Positions 12,421 through 22,153 of a DNA stretch of 64,000 nucleotides are shown here, piece by piece. A program made the translations under genes and the position numbers. Each line of letters opens with the position of its first letter. Position 1 is the stretch's first letter. Under the pieces are notes generated by a model, which was not told where the DNA came from, did not search any database, and saw nothing but the letters and a program-made list of their open reading frames with translations. This DNA comes from an uncultured Methanosarcinaceae archaeon (GTDB lineage Archaea; Halobacteriota; Methanosarcinia; Methanosarcinales; Methanosarcinaceae): assembly GCA_963727895.1 (NCBI GenBank), contig CAVSHT010000008.1, forward strand, positions 192,001-256,000, given 5' to 3'.

Positions 12421-13452
12421 TTATGAAAGATATTCTTTTGAAAACATTTCTATGGTCAGAAGGAAGTAAGAGAGGAGAAGTGGCCCTATAACAATTCCGA
12501 TCAATCCAAAAAGAGATACTCCTATGACAATGCCGAGCAGAGATAGAAAAGGATGAATTTCTCCAACTTTTTTCTGGATAACTGGCCTGAGGATATTGTC
12601 AATTACGCTCATAAAGAGTCCTGTAGCGAAAATACTGATCGCTGCAGTATAATTTTTCATGAGGAACTGGATAATGGTTGCAGGAACCCATACTAAAGTT
12701 GATCCAAAAACAGGGACAAAAGCAACAATTGTTGCAATAAAACCCCATAGAATAGCTCCCTGGATTTTAAAGATGAGGAAGGTAATGGTCAGAAGTATTC
12801 CCTGAACAAGGGCTACAGCCCCACTGGAGGTAATAGTTGTCTGGACAATTTTGCGGAACTCGTCTATGAGAGTGGCTGTATTTTCGTCATTGAATGGAAT
12901 TGCTACATAGATTTTATGTGCGAAAACCGAATCCTCCCCTGTTAAAAGATAATAAAGCAAAAAATACATTAGTAAAAAACCTATGGTCTGGTGGCTGATG
13001 TTCTGGATTGAGCCTAAAATGAAATCGCTTGAGTAATTAACGGCACTGGAAGCGATATACATGGTTGTTTCCTGTATTTTTGTCTGGATAACACCCGTAG
13101 AAATATTCAACTTAGAAAGGTAGTGATTGAGAAATTGCCCGCCAGATTGAATAGATACAATAATAGATGCTTCGTTATGTAAAAGCTGCTGGATTTCTCC
13201 AATTATTATACCCATAAGAAAGAATAATGGAATCAGTACAACAAATATTGAAACAATTATAACCAAGGCTGCTGCAAATTGATTTTGAATTCTGATTATC
13301 CTTACAAAAAAGTGATGAAGAGGTCTGAATATAATGTAGAGAATTAAAGCCCCGAAAAAATAATTTAGATATGGAAGTGTAGCATAAATAACAACTGCAG
13401 TCAGGATAATAATAATTAGTAAAGCCAGAACCATTTTTGCGGTTTTTTCCAT
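12421..13452 (-). CDS. AI-2E family transporter
   Basis: Multi-TM; FVPVFGSTLVWVP, IDNILRP, IHPFLSLLGIVIGVSLFGLIGIVIGP. Confidence 0.92.
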   Translation of the reverse strand: MEKTAKMVLALLIIIILTAVVIYATLPYLNYFFGALILYIIFRPLHHFFVRIIRIQNQFAAALVIIVSIFVVLIPLFFLMGIIIGEIQQLLHNEASIIVSIQSGGQFLNHYLSKLNISTGVIQTKIQETTMYIASSAVNYSSDFILGSIQNISHQTIGFLLMYFLLYYLLTGEDSVFAHKIYVAIPFNDENTATLIDEFRKIVQTTITSSGAVALVQGILLTITFLIFKIQGAILWGFIATIVAFVPVFGSTLVWVPATIIQFLMKNYTAAISIFATGLFMSVIDNILRPVIQKKVGEIHPFLSLLGIVIGVSLFGLIGIVIGPLLLSYFLLTIEMFSKEYLS

Positions 13453-13696
13453 TTGATCTCAATTGGAGTTTTTAGAATAAACAACATATAAGTTTAACGG
13501 CTCTTTTTTCGGCCGGAAATTTACTTTTTAAAATATTCCGAACCAATAGAACTTATTATAGAATTATTTGAAAGGTTGAGTAAAATAAAGCTCAAAGGTT
13601 ATTGCAAAACGGTTCCGTTGCAAAAAATCTTAGAATAAGCCTGCAAATCTATGAATAATGAATAAAAGTTAAAATATTCAAAAAGATATGTCAATA

Positions 13697-14554
13697 TTAT
13701 AGAACTATTCCAAATAATTGATTAATATATTTAGCTTCATTAAAGCCAGAGTAATTTAAGTTCTTGATTTGTCCTTTTTTAATCATATTCATAGCTTCAA
13801 TTCCTTTTAAAGTTTTAATGGCTGTATGAAAAGACTGAAATCCTAACATTGGATTAACTATTCGTTTAATGGATCTATGATCCTGTTCTATAATGTTATT
13901 CAAATATTTGATTTGTCGAATGCCTACGTTTATAGGTAGTATTTTATCATTTTTCAGTTTATCTATAGCAGGTGGATAAGCTGGATTTTTGTCAACTGTG
14001 ATTACTCTTGGAATTTGATTATGATTAGAGTTCAAAGCTTTTTTGAAGAATCTGTTCGCTGCTTTTTTATTTCGTTTTGCACTTATAGGTAGTATTTTAT
14101 CATTTTTCAGTTTATCTATAGCAGGTGGATAAGCTGGATTTTTGTCAACTGTGATTACTCTTGGAATTTGATTATGATTAGAGTTCAAAGCTTTTTTGAA
14201 GAATCTGTTCGCTGCTTTTTTATTTCGTTTTGCACTTAACATGAAATCAATTGTATCTCCATTTGAGTCAACTGCTCGGTAAAAATATTTCCATTCACCT
14301 TTAACTCTGATGTAAGTTTCATCAACTCTCCAAGAGTCGTTTGTTGGTCTTAAATGCCTTCTGACCTTCTTTTCGATTTCAGGTGAATATTGATGTACCC
14401 ATCTCATAATGGTTGTATGGTTGACTATTATCCCTCTTTCTGCCATCATTTCCTTTAAATTTCTATAACTAAGTGGGTATTTTAAGTACCATCTAACATT
14501 CAATAAAATAATTTCACCAACAAAGTGCTTCCATTTAAAGGAATTAGATAGCAT
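13697..14554 (-). CDS. IS6-family DDE transposase with a 51-aa in-frame duplication
   Basis: WRVDETY, VDKNPAY (twice), NNIIEQDHR. Confidence 0.92.
   Translation of the reverse strand: MLSNSFKWKHFVGEIILLNVRWYLKYPLSYRNLKEMMAERGIIVNHTTIMRWVHQYSPEIEKKVRRHLRPTNDSWRVDETYIRVKGEWKYFYRAVDSNGDTIDFMLSAKRNKKAANRFFKKALNSNHNQIPRVITVDKNPAYPPAIDKLKNDKILPISAKRNKKAANRFFKKALNSNHNQIPRVITVDKNPAYPPAIDKLKNDKILPINVGIRQIKYLNNIIEQDHRSIKRIVNPMLGFQSFHTAIKTLKGIEAMNMIKKGQIKNLNYSGFNEAKYINQLFGIVL
13930..14235. repeat. 153-bp tandem duplication inside the IS6 transposase gene
   Basis: 13930-14082 repeats as 14083-14235; absent from the other three copies. Confidence 0.95.
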
Positions 14555-14705
14555 ATCACTATCTTTGATTTCATTTTTATTTTAATTATATCCTTAGCAG
14601 ATATTTTTTGCAACGGAACCCAGGAAAGAGATTTAAGGACGAAAAAATGAAAAAAGATTGAATAGAGAAATATAAAATGAATAAAGAAAAATACGAGGTT
14701 TTCTT

Positions 14706-15980
14706 TCACTTAAAACAGCACTTGGTAATTTCTCCACTTAGATCTTCCCTGAGCATTGAAATAGCTTCGTCGAATTCATTGGTCTGGCCGAGAACCCACA
14801 TGAGTTTAACAAGAGCAGTTTCAGGCAATGTGTCTTCTCCCTCGATTGCACCGGCTTTCAGCATATCGCGGCCTGTATCATAGACGCGGTCGCAAATTCT
14901 GCCATTAAGGCACTGTGAAGTCACTACAACTAGAATTTTTGCATCTGTAGCTTTCCTGATCATGGGAGTCCATTTTGTAGAAACGTGTCCAAGTCCGGTA
15001 CCTTCAAGAACCAATCCCCTGTATCCGTTGTTAATATAATGTTCAATAATTTCAGGACTTGAACCTGGCGTAAATTTAATGAGGGCACATTTTGATTCCA
15101 TACCCGGTTTGAATTTGAGAGTTTTATCTCCACGTTTTGTATAATCAATGAAAGTTTTTATTTTCCTTGTATTATAATCCACAATCCCTATCGGAAGAGA
15201 ATTTATTGACTTGAAAGCGTCCCTGCGAGAAGTATGCATTTTCCTGACTTTCGTTCCATGGTGAATCTCGCAGAAATCGTCAGAAGTCGTCCCGTGCATG
15301 ACAACTGAAACTTCAGCAATATCACTTACAGCAACCAGCGCTGCACATATTGCATTCATGGCATTGTCGCTGCTTGGGCGGTCTGCACTTCTCTGGGAAC
15401 CTACAAGAACAATAGGTACAGGCGTTTCAATCATAAAGGAAAGGGCTGCAGCCGTGTACATCATGGTGTCTGTACCATGAGTTACGATTATCCCATCGGC
15501 ACCGTCTTCAATCTCTTCCACAACTGCATGGGCGAGTTTTTCCCAGAATTCTGAATCCATGTTTTCTGAGAGGATACTTGAGATTACTCTACCTTTAAAA
15601 TCAGCTATCTCCTTGAGTTCCGGGATAGCTGCAAGGATGTCATAAGCAGTAAACTGGGACGAAACTGCACCTGTCCTGTAATCGATTTTGCTTGCTATCG
15701 TTCCGCCTGTGGAAAGAATAGCAATCTTTGGAAGCTTTATTTCAGGACTTGTTATTTCTTCTTCTGCTGCTTTGGATTTATCCACAATGTCCTGGTTTAC
15801 GTTTGTGATTTCTTCATCGTTTTCTAGAGGAATTATCTTCACTTTATTTACAGAAAAGCCAGCATTATAACCACTTTTCATTTTTATTGTAATATATCCT
15901 TCCACAGACGGCATCACTTTGCCTTCATAAACAGTGCCGTTCTTTTCAATACGTACCCTATCGCCCTGTTTGAACTCCAT
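14706..15980 (-). CDS. gatD: Glu-tRNA(Gln) amidotransferase subunit D
   Basis: N-terminal KMKSGYNAG domain, [26 protein letters not shown]. Confidence 0.97.
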   Translation of the reverse strand: MEFKQGDRVRIEKNGTVYEGKVMPSVEGYITIKMKSGYNAGFSVNKVKIIPLENDEEITNVNQDIVDKSKAAEEEITSPEIKLPKIAILSTGGTIASKIDYRTGAVSSQFTAYDILAAIPELKEIADFKGRVISSILSENMDSEFWEKLAHAVVEEIEDGADGIIVTHGTDTMMYTAAALSFMIETPVPIVLVGSQRSADRPSSDNAMNAICAALVAVSDIAEVSVVMHGTTSDDFCEIHHGTKVRKMHTSRRDAFKSINSLPIGIVDYNTRKIKTFIDYTKRGDKTLKFKPGMESKCALIKFTPGSSPEIIEHYINNGYRGLVLEGTGLGHVSTKWTPMIRKATDAKILVVVTSQCLNGRICDRVYDTGRDMLKAGAIEGEDTLPETALVKLMWVLGQTNEFDEAISMLREDLSGEITKCCFK

Positions 15981-16098
15981 AACTAATCCCTTTTATGATA
16001 ACTTCTTTAGTATGATATCTTCTTAATATGATAAATAATCGATATTCTGGTCACACCAGATCTTTTCACATGATACTATCTTTTTTGTCTCGTTAATT

Positions 16099-17574
16099 TC
16101 AAGCTTTTGTGTATTCCTTTACAGTTGCAAGAAGGTTTTCAAAAGCTGAGTCTGTGATGTCTTTTAAAGTTGCAATTTCCTGAATGTTAAGTTCAAGTTC
16201 AGTCTCCCTTTTAGATATGTAATTTCTTATTTCTTCAGGAGCAGGCCCACCAGTAATTTTTCGTCTCTTTATGTTTGAAACCGGATTAAGAGCTTCTTTA
16301 ACCAGCTTTTCTGTAAGTCCTCGGCTTGAGAGAGACTCACCAAGTACAACTTCAGCTACTGAATCAATCTTTTCAAGAGTGGGTTTTTCCATTTCTCTTG
16401 CAAGCATTCCGACAATCTGGTGAGCAGTTCTAAAGGGAATTCCGGTTTCCCTGACAAAGGTATCTGCAAGTTCGGTAGCGGTCGTAAATCCAGTGATTGA
16501 TTGGGCAGAAAACACTTCAGGATGGACCTTCATAGTTTTTACCATTCCTTTCATGACTCTTACCGAGGCTCTTACGGTTTCCACAGACCGCCAGATATTT
16601 GGAGTTGCTTCCTGAAGGTCCCTGTTATAACTCAATGGAAGTCCTTTGCATATAGTGATCAGAGACATAAGTGCTCCGACAGCTACTCCTGTTTTTCCGC
16701 GCATAAGTTCGGCAGTATCAGGATTTTTCTTCTGCGGCATGATTGAGGATGTAGAAGCGTAAGTATCGTCCAGTTCTATGAAATTGAACTCTGAAGTGGA
16801 CCAGATTACAAGTTCTTCTGCCATGCGGCTCAAATTTATCATGAGATTTGTAAAGCCTGAGGCACATTCAATAAGAAAATCCCTGCTGCTAACAGCATCC
16901 ATCGAGTTTTCAAGCAAGCCGTCAAAACCCAGGAGTTCCTCGGTTCTTTTCCTATTAAGGTTAAAACCCGTAGACGCAAAAGCAGCAGCTCCGAGTGGGC
17001 AGAGGTTCACCCTGGAGTAAGCATCCTGAATCCTATCAAAGTCTCTTCCAAGAGCGGATTCATGGGCGCAGAAGTGGTGAGCAAGAGTTGTCGGCTGGGC
17101 ATGTTGCATGTGAGTAAAGCCAGGCATAAGAGTCTCAGTATATTTTTCTGCAAGGTCGAGAAGAGTTTGTCTTAGCTCATGAATTTCTTCAAGCAATCCA
17201 GTTAGTTCTTCTCTGAGAACCAGTCTTATGCAGGTTGCAACTTCATCGTTTCTAGAACGGCCAGAATGCATTCTTCCCCCTACGTCTTCCCCGACCAGAT
17301 CGATGAGCTTTGATTCAAGGGAAATGTGAATATCTTCATAAGTGAAATCGAGTTTTTCCATTCCTTCCTCTCGGATTTTCAAAAGCCCACTAAGGATTTT
17401 GCTGCAGTCCTCCCGGTTTATAATGCCTTGCTCTTTTAGCATTACTGTGTGGGCAAGGTCCACTGCTATATCAGCATCAAAAATCCACCTGTCAGCTTCC
17501 ATAGAGGAGGTGTAACGTATGATTTCCTCATCCTGGGCTGCTTCCAGCCTGCCTCTGCGTAAAATATTGCTCAT
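16099..17574 (-). CDS. argH: Argininosuccinate lyase
   Basis: HSGRSRNDEVAT, MPGFTHMQHAQP, SSIMPQKKNPD. Confidence 0.98.
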   Translation of the reverse strand: MSNILRRGRLEAAQDEEIIRYTSSMEADRWIFDADIAVDLAHTVMLKEQGIINREDCSKILSGLLKIREEGMEKLDFTYEDIHISLESKLIDLVGEDVGGRMHSGRSRNDEVATCIRLVLREELTGLLEEIHELRQTLLDLAEKYTETLMPGFTHMQHAQPTTLAHHFCAHESALGRDFDRIQDAYSRVNLCPLGAAAFASTGFNLNRKRTEELLGFDGLLENSMDAVSSRDFLIECASGFTNLMINLSRMAEELVIWSTSEFNFIELDDTYASTSSIMPQKKNPDTAELMRGKTGVAVGALMSLITICKGLPLSYNRDLQEATPNIWRSVETVRASVRVMKGMVKTMKVHPEVFSAQSITGFTTATELADTFVRETGIPFRTAHQIVGMLAREMEKPTLEKIDSVAEVVLGESLSSRGLTEKLVKEALNPVSNIKRRKITGGPAPEEIRNYISKRETELELNIQEIATLKDITDSAFENLLATVKEYTKA

Positions 17575-17675
17575 CGGATTTTCCTCCTTCTGATCTTTAT
17601 GAAATGAGTCTACATGGATTGTATTATTAGTACTTGTAATAGTATATGGAAATTAATGTCAGAGTAAATACTAGG

Positions 17676-17782
17676 CTTAAATAGGTTAGTATTAGACTTA
17701 AATAAGTTAATATTTAACTTAAATGAAATACTTGATGTAATATTTGATGCAAGATTTATTGTAAGATTTATTGTAAGATTTT
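17676..17782. repeat. Imperfect short tandem repeats (21-bp and 12-bp periods) in the divergent intergenic region
   Basis: CTTAAATAGGTTAGTATTAGA / CTTAAATAAGTTAATATTTAA and repeated GTAAGATTTATT. Confidence 0.6.
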
Positions 17783-17965
17783 TGTGGTGGTATTATTTCG
17801 AGCACTTAAATATGAATCGGTACCGGGGGATTTTCCTTTAAGATTTAGTGTATCATGAAGGCACTTATTATTCATTAAAAATTTTTAAAACTATTGAGGC
17901 TTATTTACTTGTCTGGTTTTTGCTATCCCAAAAAGCTAATCGTAAGGAGAGCATAATTTTGTTTA

Positions 17966-18565
17966 ATGTCCGTTGTCTCAAAGTATGACCGAATAGCACC
18001 CATTTATGAACTGATAGATTTGCCTCTGGAACTTCTATTTTTCCGGAAATGGAGAAAAGATGCCCTAATAGGCCTGAGCGGAAAAGTCCTTGAAGTTGGG
18101 GTGGGCACCGGCAGAAACCTGAAATATTATCCTTCAAGCTGTCGGGTAATAGGGATCGACAAAAGTGAATGCATGCTCCAAAGAGCCCGAGAAAAAGCCA
18201 AAGGCATGAAAAATATCACTCTTTATCCTATGGATGCTGAACACTTAGAATTTCCGGATAAAAGCTTCGATTATGTGATCACGACTTTTGCCCTCTGCAC
18301 AATTCCTGATCCCGTGAAAGCTCTTAAGGAAATGAAACGAGTCCTGAAGCCTTCAGGTGAATTAATAGCTCTTGAACATGTGCATAGTAACTACCCTTTT
18401 GTTGACTTTATCGAACATTTAATTAATCCAGTTCTGTTTTTTTTGCTTGGGGATCATACAACTAGACATACCGTGAAGAATATCGAAAAAGCTGGTTTTA
18501 CTATAAAAGAATCAAAAAAACTTGCTTTTAAGGATGTTTTCAGAAAAATAAGGGCAAAACCGTAG
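17966..18565 (+). CDS. Class I SAM-dependent methyltransferase
   Basis: VLEVGVGTG motif I; DAEHLEFPDKSFD; LKPSG. Confidence 0.92.
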   Translation: MSVVSKYDRIAPIYELIDLPLELLFFRKWRKDALIGLSGKVLEVGVGTGRNLKYYPSSCRVIGIDKSECMLQRAREKAKGMKNITLYPMDAEHLEFPDKSFDYVITTFALCTIPDPVKALKEMKRVLKPSGELIALEHVHSNYPFVDFIEHLINPVLFFLLGDHTTRHTVKNIEKAGFTIKESKKLAFKDVFRKIRAKP

Positions 18566-18743
18566 AGAATTTCTTTTTCATTTCAGTTTAATTCTTTTTA
18601 ATTGATTTTTTTCGTTTAATTTGTTATTTTTAGTATTGAATGAGGCTTCAGGAAAAGGCATTTGATAGATGTATCTTTAACATATTTTTATTCCTGCTTC
18701 TCAATACAAATAGTTATATTGATTGGTAGATATTTATAATGTA

Positions 18744-18965
18744 ATGGATGAGAGTATAGAATATAAGCTTTATCTTGAAGCTCTGGATAATGAAAGATCT
18801 GGATGGGAAAGAAGAACGGCAGTAAGAAGGCTTAGCGACCGTAAAACCGAGGAGTCTCTATACTACCTGAATGAGCTTATAGTTGACAGATATTGTATAG
18901 TGCCTGACTGGCTCAAGAGGATCGCAAGAGAATACTATGTATCTCTATGTCTAGAATTTCTCTGA
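18744..18965 (+). CDS. Small hypothetical protein (HEAT-like helical pair)
   Basis: ATG at 18744; WERRTAVRRLS pattern. Confidence 0.55.
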   Translation: MDESIEYKLYLEALDNERSGWERRTAVRRLSDRKTEESLYYLNELIVDRYCIVPDWLKRIAREYYVSLCLEFL

Positions 18966-19157
18966 TAATTGTATTTTTATGAATTAAGGCTTCTTGATGT
19001 ATTTTTCGAAAAAAATAGTTTCATGTAGCCGCTGCAATAAAAATAATAAGCTGCAGTAAGAAAAATACCTCTGCATTTTTGTCTTTCCTGTTTTTAGATA
19101 GCTTATGCTCTAATTCTGAAACTTTCTGTCTACTCGACCAAAAGTATTCTAATTTCT

Positions 19158-19279
19158 GGCTTTGTAGAAAACCTATTTAAATCAGCTGCAAGAAACAAAA
19201 ATAAAATCCGCAAAAATATATCCGATTATTCAGTCAAAATTAGTTAAGATTCATTATTTCAAAGGATTTCTACAGAGAC
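19158..19279. mobile_element. 122-bp MITE-like element with IS5-family ends
   Basis: GGCTTTGTAGAAAACCT … AGGATTTCTACAGAGAC match the IRs of the IS5 element at 20265-21264; no ORF. Confidence 0.7.
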
Positions 19280-19337
19280 AAATAATCTACTGCATCACTT
19301 TATAGGTTCCGAGGCAACACTCTATAGGTTTCGGATA

Positions 19338-19490
19338 TTACCAGATTTTCCACGAGGACTTTTTTTCTGTAATTTCGGGCAATAGTTTTGTATTTAACTT
19401 GTTGTTTTCTGGAGTAAACTCTGAATATGTAAGCTTGCTTTTGTGTGACTTCATTAAGCTGTGTGATCTGGTTATCCTTCAGGCATGTTT
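19338..19490 (-). pseudogene. Decayed C-terminal remnant of a coiled-coil protein ending KKSSWKIW
   Basis: Frames splice to LKDNQITQLNEVTQKQA-HIQSLL-ENNKLNTKLLPEITEKKSSWKIW-stop. Confidence 0.35.
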
Positions 19491-20079
19491 GATCACTCTT
19501 TGTTAGATTCCTTATTGATTAGAACCTAACGTAATACATCGATTTTCATTAAATCTATGCATTTTGACTTGTTTTAGCCAATTACAGCAGCAAATTGTGG
19601 GAATATCAAAAGAAAATATGCTCTAGCGTAAAATCTATGCATCAATAAAAACAATATAAAAAAATTTTGTTAGCAGAATCAATAACTTTTTATCCCTAAT
19701 TTGACAGAAACATAAATATTATGATTAATAAATCGGTCAAATGCTTATGTTTTCGCTCTACAAATGTAATTTATATACGATGTTCTTTGATTTTTGATAT
19801 TTTCATTTTTCCAAAAAGATTCTATGCCGATGCAAAGTGTTTTATGTTATAGATAACTTTGCAAATTAATAACTTATGTAAAATTAAGGTTTTATTTCAT
19901 ATATTTTACAAAAAATTAGACACACTGCCTCCTATTTTCAAAAAAGCATAAATGAATACTATAATAGTGAATAAATCAAAAAAATATTTATGCAAATTTA
20001 TGAAATGTGAAACTTTTAATAAGAATAGATTGTGTTTAGTATTATTAATTTGTAAAAATGACTTTTGGAGGTTCATAAC

Positions 20080-20214
20080 TTGGCGACCAAGAAACAGAAG
20101 GCAGCAAAAAGAGCTAAGAAAGATCAAGAAACGAACGGTAACACAAAAAAGCCCGTTGAGGAAGTTAAGGAACCAGAAGACAAAACAAAAAAACAAGATA
20201 AGAAAAGAAAATGA
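20080..20214 (+). CDS. 44-aa lysine-rich small protein (MATKKQKAAKRAKKDQETNGNTKKPVEEVKEPEDKTKKQDKKRK)
   Basis: GGAGGT SD 7 nt before TTG at 20080; TGA at 20212-20214; followed by a hairpin and T-tract. Confidence 0.65.
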   Translation: MATKKQKAAKRAKKDQETNGNTKKPVEEVKEPEDKTKKQDKKRK

Positions 20215-20227
20215 AAATAAAAAGAGG

Positions 20228-20252
20228 AGGCTTAAATCAAGCCTTTATTTTT
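20228..20252 (+). terminator. Hairpin plus T-tract after the small ORF
   Basis: AGGCTT-aaatc-AAGCCT followed by TTATTTTT. Confidence 0.5.
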
Positions 20253-20264
20253 AGCTAATATAAA

Positions 20265-21264
20265 GGCTTTGTAGAAATCCTCTAATTTCTGTTTTTACCC
20301 CAAAATTTATCAAAATTAAATTGTAAAAATGCTCCTTATTTTTTATCTCCACAAAAAAGAGGAGCAATCTCTTTTGTCATCAAATAAGTAGATTCAATTT
20401 ATTGATATTAGTTTTAAAAGGTCAGTCTTCTAGACTGAACCTTTACTCCTGCAAATACTCTAAACATGTTTATACTCAACATCAGCTTCTTGCTCTTGTT
20501 TTATTAAATGAGTACATAAATACAGATTATCCTTATTTTGTAGAACTTATTGATCTCATGAGCAATCTAAACTAAAAACTTAACCTTAACAAGATACTCC
20601 ATATACTACTCTTCAAAAGTTTGTGTTTAGCATTCCGTCTTCATTTTTTAGCCTACTTTTGTCAAGAACTCTAAAGTTATTTTATTTACGTGGAGAAAAC
20701 GTCTCTGTCACAGCAATTGATGCAACTGGATTTACAAGTTTTTATGCAAGTCATTATTACTCTCGAAGAACAGGGAAGCTCAGACGGAGCTTCCTGAACA
20801 CTTCAATATCAGTAGACACAAGTAAACAAGTGATATTAGGATTGGAAATCAGTCAAAAAACAGATACTGAAGTCAAACATGCAAAATTTCTGATAAGACT
20901 ATCTAACAAGTTAAGAAAATCATAATGTTATGTGATGGGTAAAGGATATGATTCTGAAAAAATTCATGCTCTAATCAGAGAAGAAATCAAAGTAGAATCA
21001 ATTATACCTTTAAGAGTCAGAAAAAGGAAGAAAATAATAGGAAAATACAGAAAACAGCTATATTTAACCTTTGATAAAATCAAGTATAATAAACGCAATA
21101 TATCCAAAAAGACGTTCTCTGTTATAAAAAGGAGGTTTGGAGAAGTAATAAAGGCAAGAAAGTTTTACAATCAAGTAAAAAATAAAAATTAAACTATTGG
21201 TGTATAATATATACAAAAAAGTTCTGGAAATAATTTACATAAAATTAAGGATTTCTACAAAGCC
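20265..21264 (+). mobile_element. IS5-family element (1000 bp) with inactivated transposase
   Basis: 17-bp perfect IRs GGCTTTGTAGAAATCCT / AGGATTTCTACAAAGCC; fragments AIDATGF, (D>G)KGYDSE, KRNIS(E>K)KTFSVIKRRFG interrupted by stops. Confidence 0.88.
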
Positions 21265-21499
21265 TAATTTCCTAAGGTTTATATGCAATTACCCCAATTC
21301 TCAGATCAACTTAAAGAACCATTAAACTTAGCTATAGACTTACTTTATTCATAATTTATTTATGAGTTTCTATCTCTGGTTCTTGTTGTGAACAGAGTTT
21401 ATAAGAAGAGGTCATCTTTATTAAAAATAAATTAACATAGTTACTTAATTTAGATATTTTATAATCTTTAAACCTTAGTTTGATGATATTTATATCAGG

Positions 21500-21739
21500 A
21501 TGGATTGGAGTATGGGCAGAGATACTGGAAAATCTTTAGGACGACCGGCAATAATCTTGGTGGGCATTGGAGCAATACTAGACGTTATTCTATTTTACTT
21601 AATGTTCAAATTTGCTGATAAAGGAAATTTATTTATGGTTCTCTTAACTGCAGTGCTGATAATACTCGTTGCACTGGGGATCACAAAAGGTCTTATTTCC
21701 ATGTCTAGGCTTGACTATAGTAAACAACTGGACAAATGA
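21500..21739 (+). CDS. Small two-TM hypothetical membrane protein
   Basis: Two hydrophobic helices; alternative start at the second Met behind GGAG. Confidence 0.7.
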   Translation: MDWSMGRDTGKSLGRPAIILVGIGAILDVILFYLMFKFADKGNLFMVLLTAVLIILVALGITKGLISMSRLDYSKQLDK

Positions 21740-22153
21740 ACGGTGGACAAATGAACGGTTTTGAGTGTGTATTGTTTCGTCAATAACGCTCGATTAAGCT
21801 CTTAGGAGATTCATTATTTGAAATTTTTTTAAATTAAAACACAACTGAAGGCATAAATGCAAATTTTCTTTTAATCAAAATTTCTTTTAATCAAATTCTC
21901 TTTTAATCAAAATTGTTAATTTCTTTATTCTTCGTTTTTGAATGGTTTCTGCGGAATTAGTTAAAATAATATGAAGGTTAATATGTCACTTCAGCTTAAT
22001 GTTTATTATTTAAATTTACTATTATCTATCAAGTTTTTCAGGTTCGACTCTCAATTTCCAGGGGTCGAGAAGCAAGCAGAAGATGAATTCTAGGGGAATA
22101 AGTTTAGTCACAGATTTATGCTTATAATCGAATGAAATGGGAGGAGTTTACTC

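Larger units (their letters stand above)
13611..14620 (-). mobile_element. IS6-family element, copy 1 (1010 bp = 857 + 153-bp internal duplication)
   Basis: Terminal IRs GGTTCCGTTGCAAAAAAT at both ends; no TSD. Confidence 0.95.

Noticed and set aside
19906..20254. ORFs 19952-20254 (+) and 19906-20196 (-)
   Set aside because: Shadows of the SD-supported 44-aa ORF in another frame.
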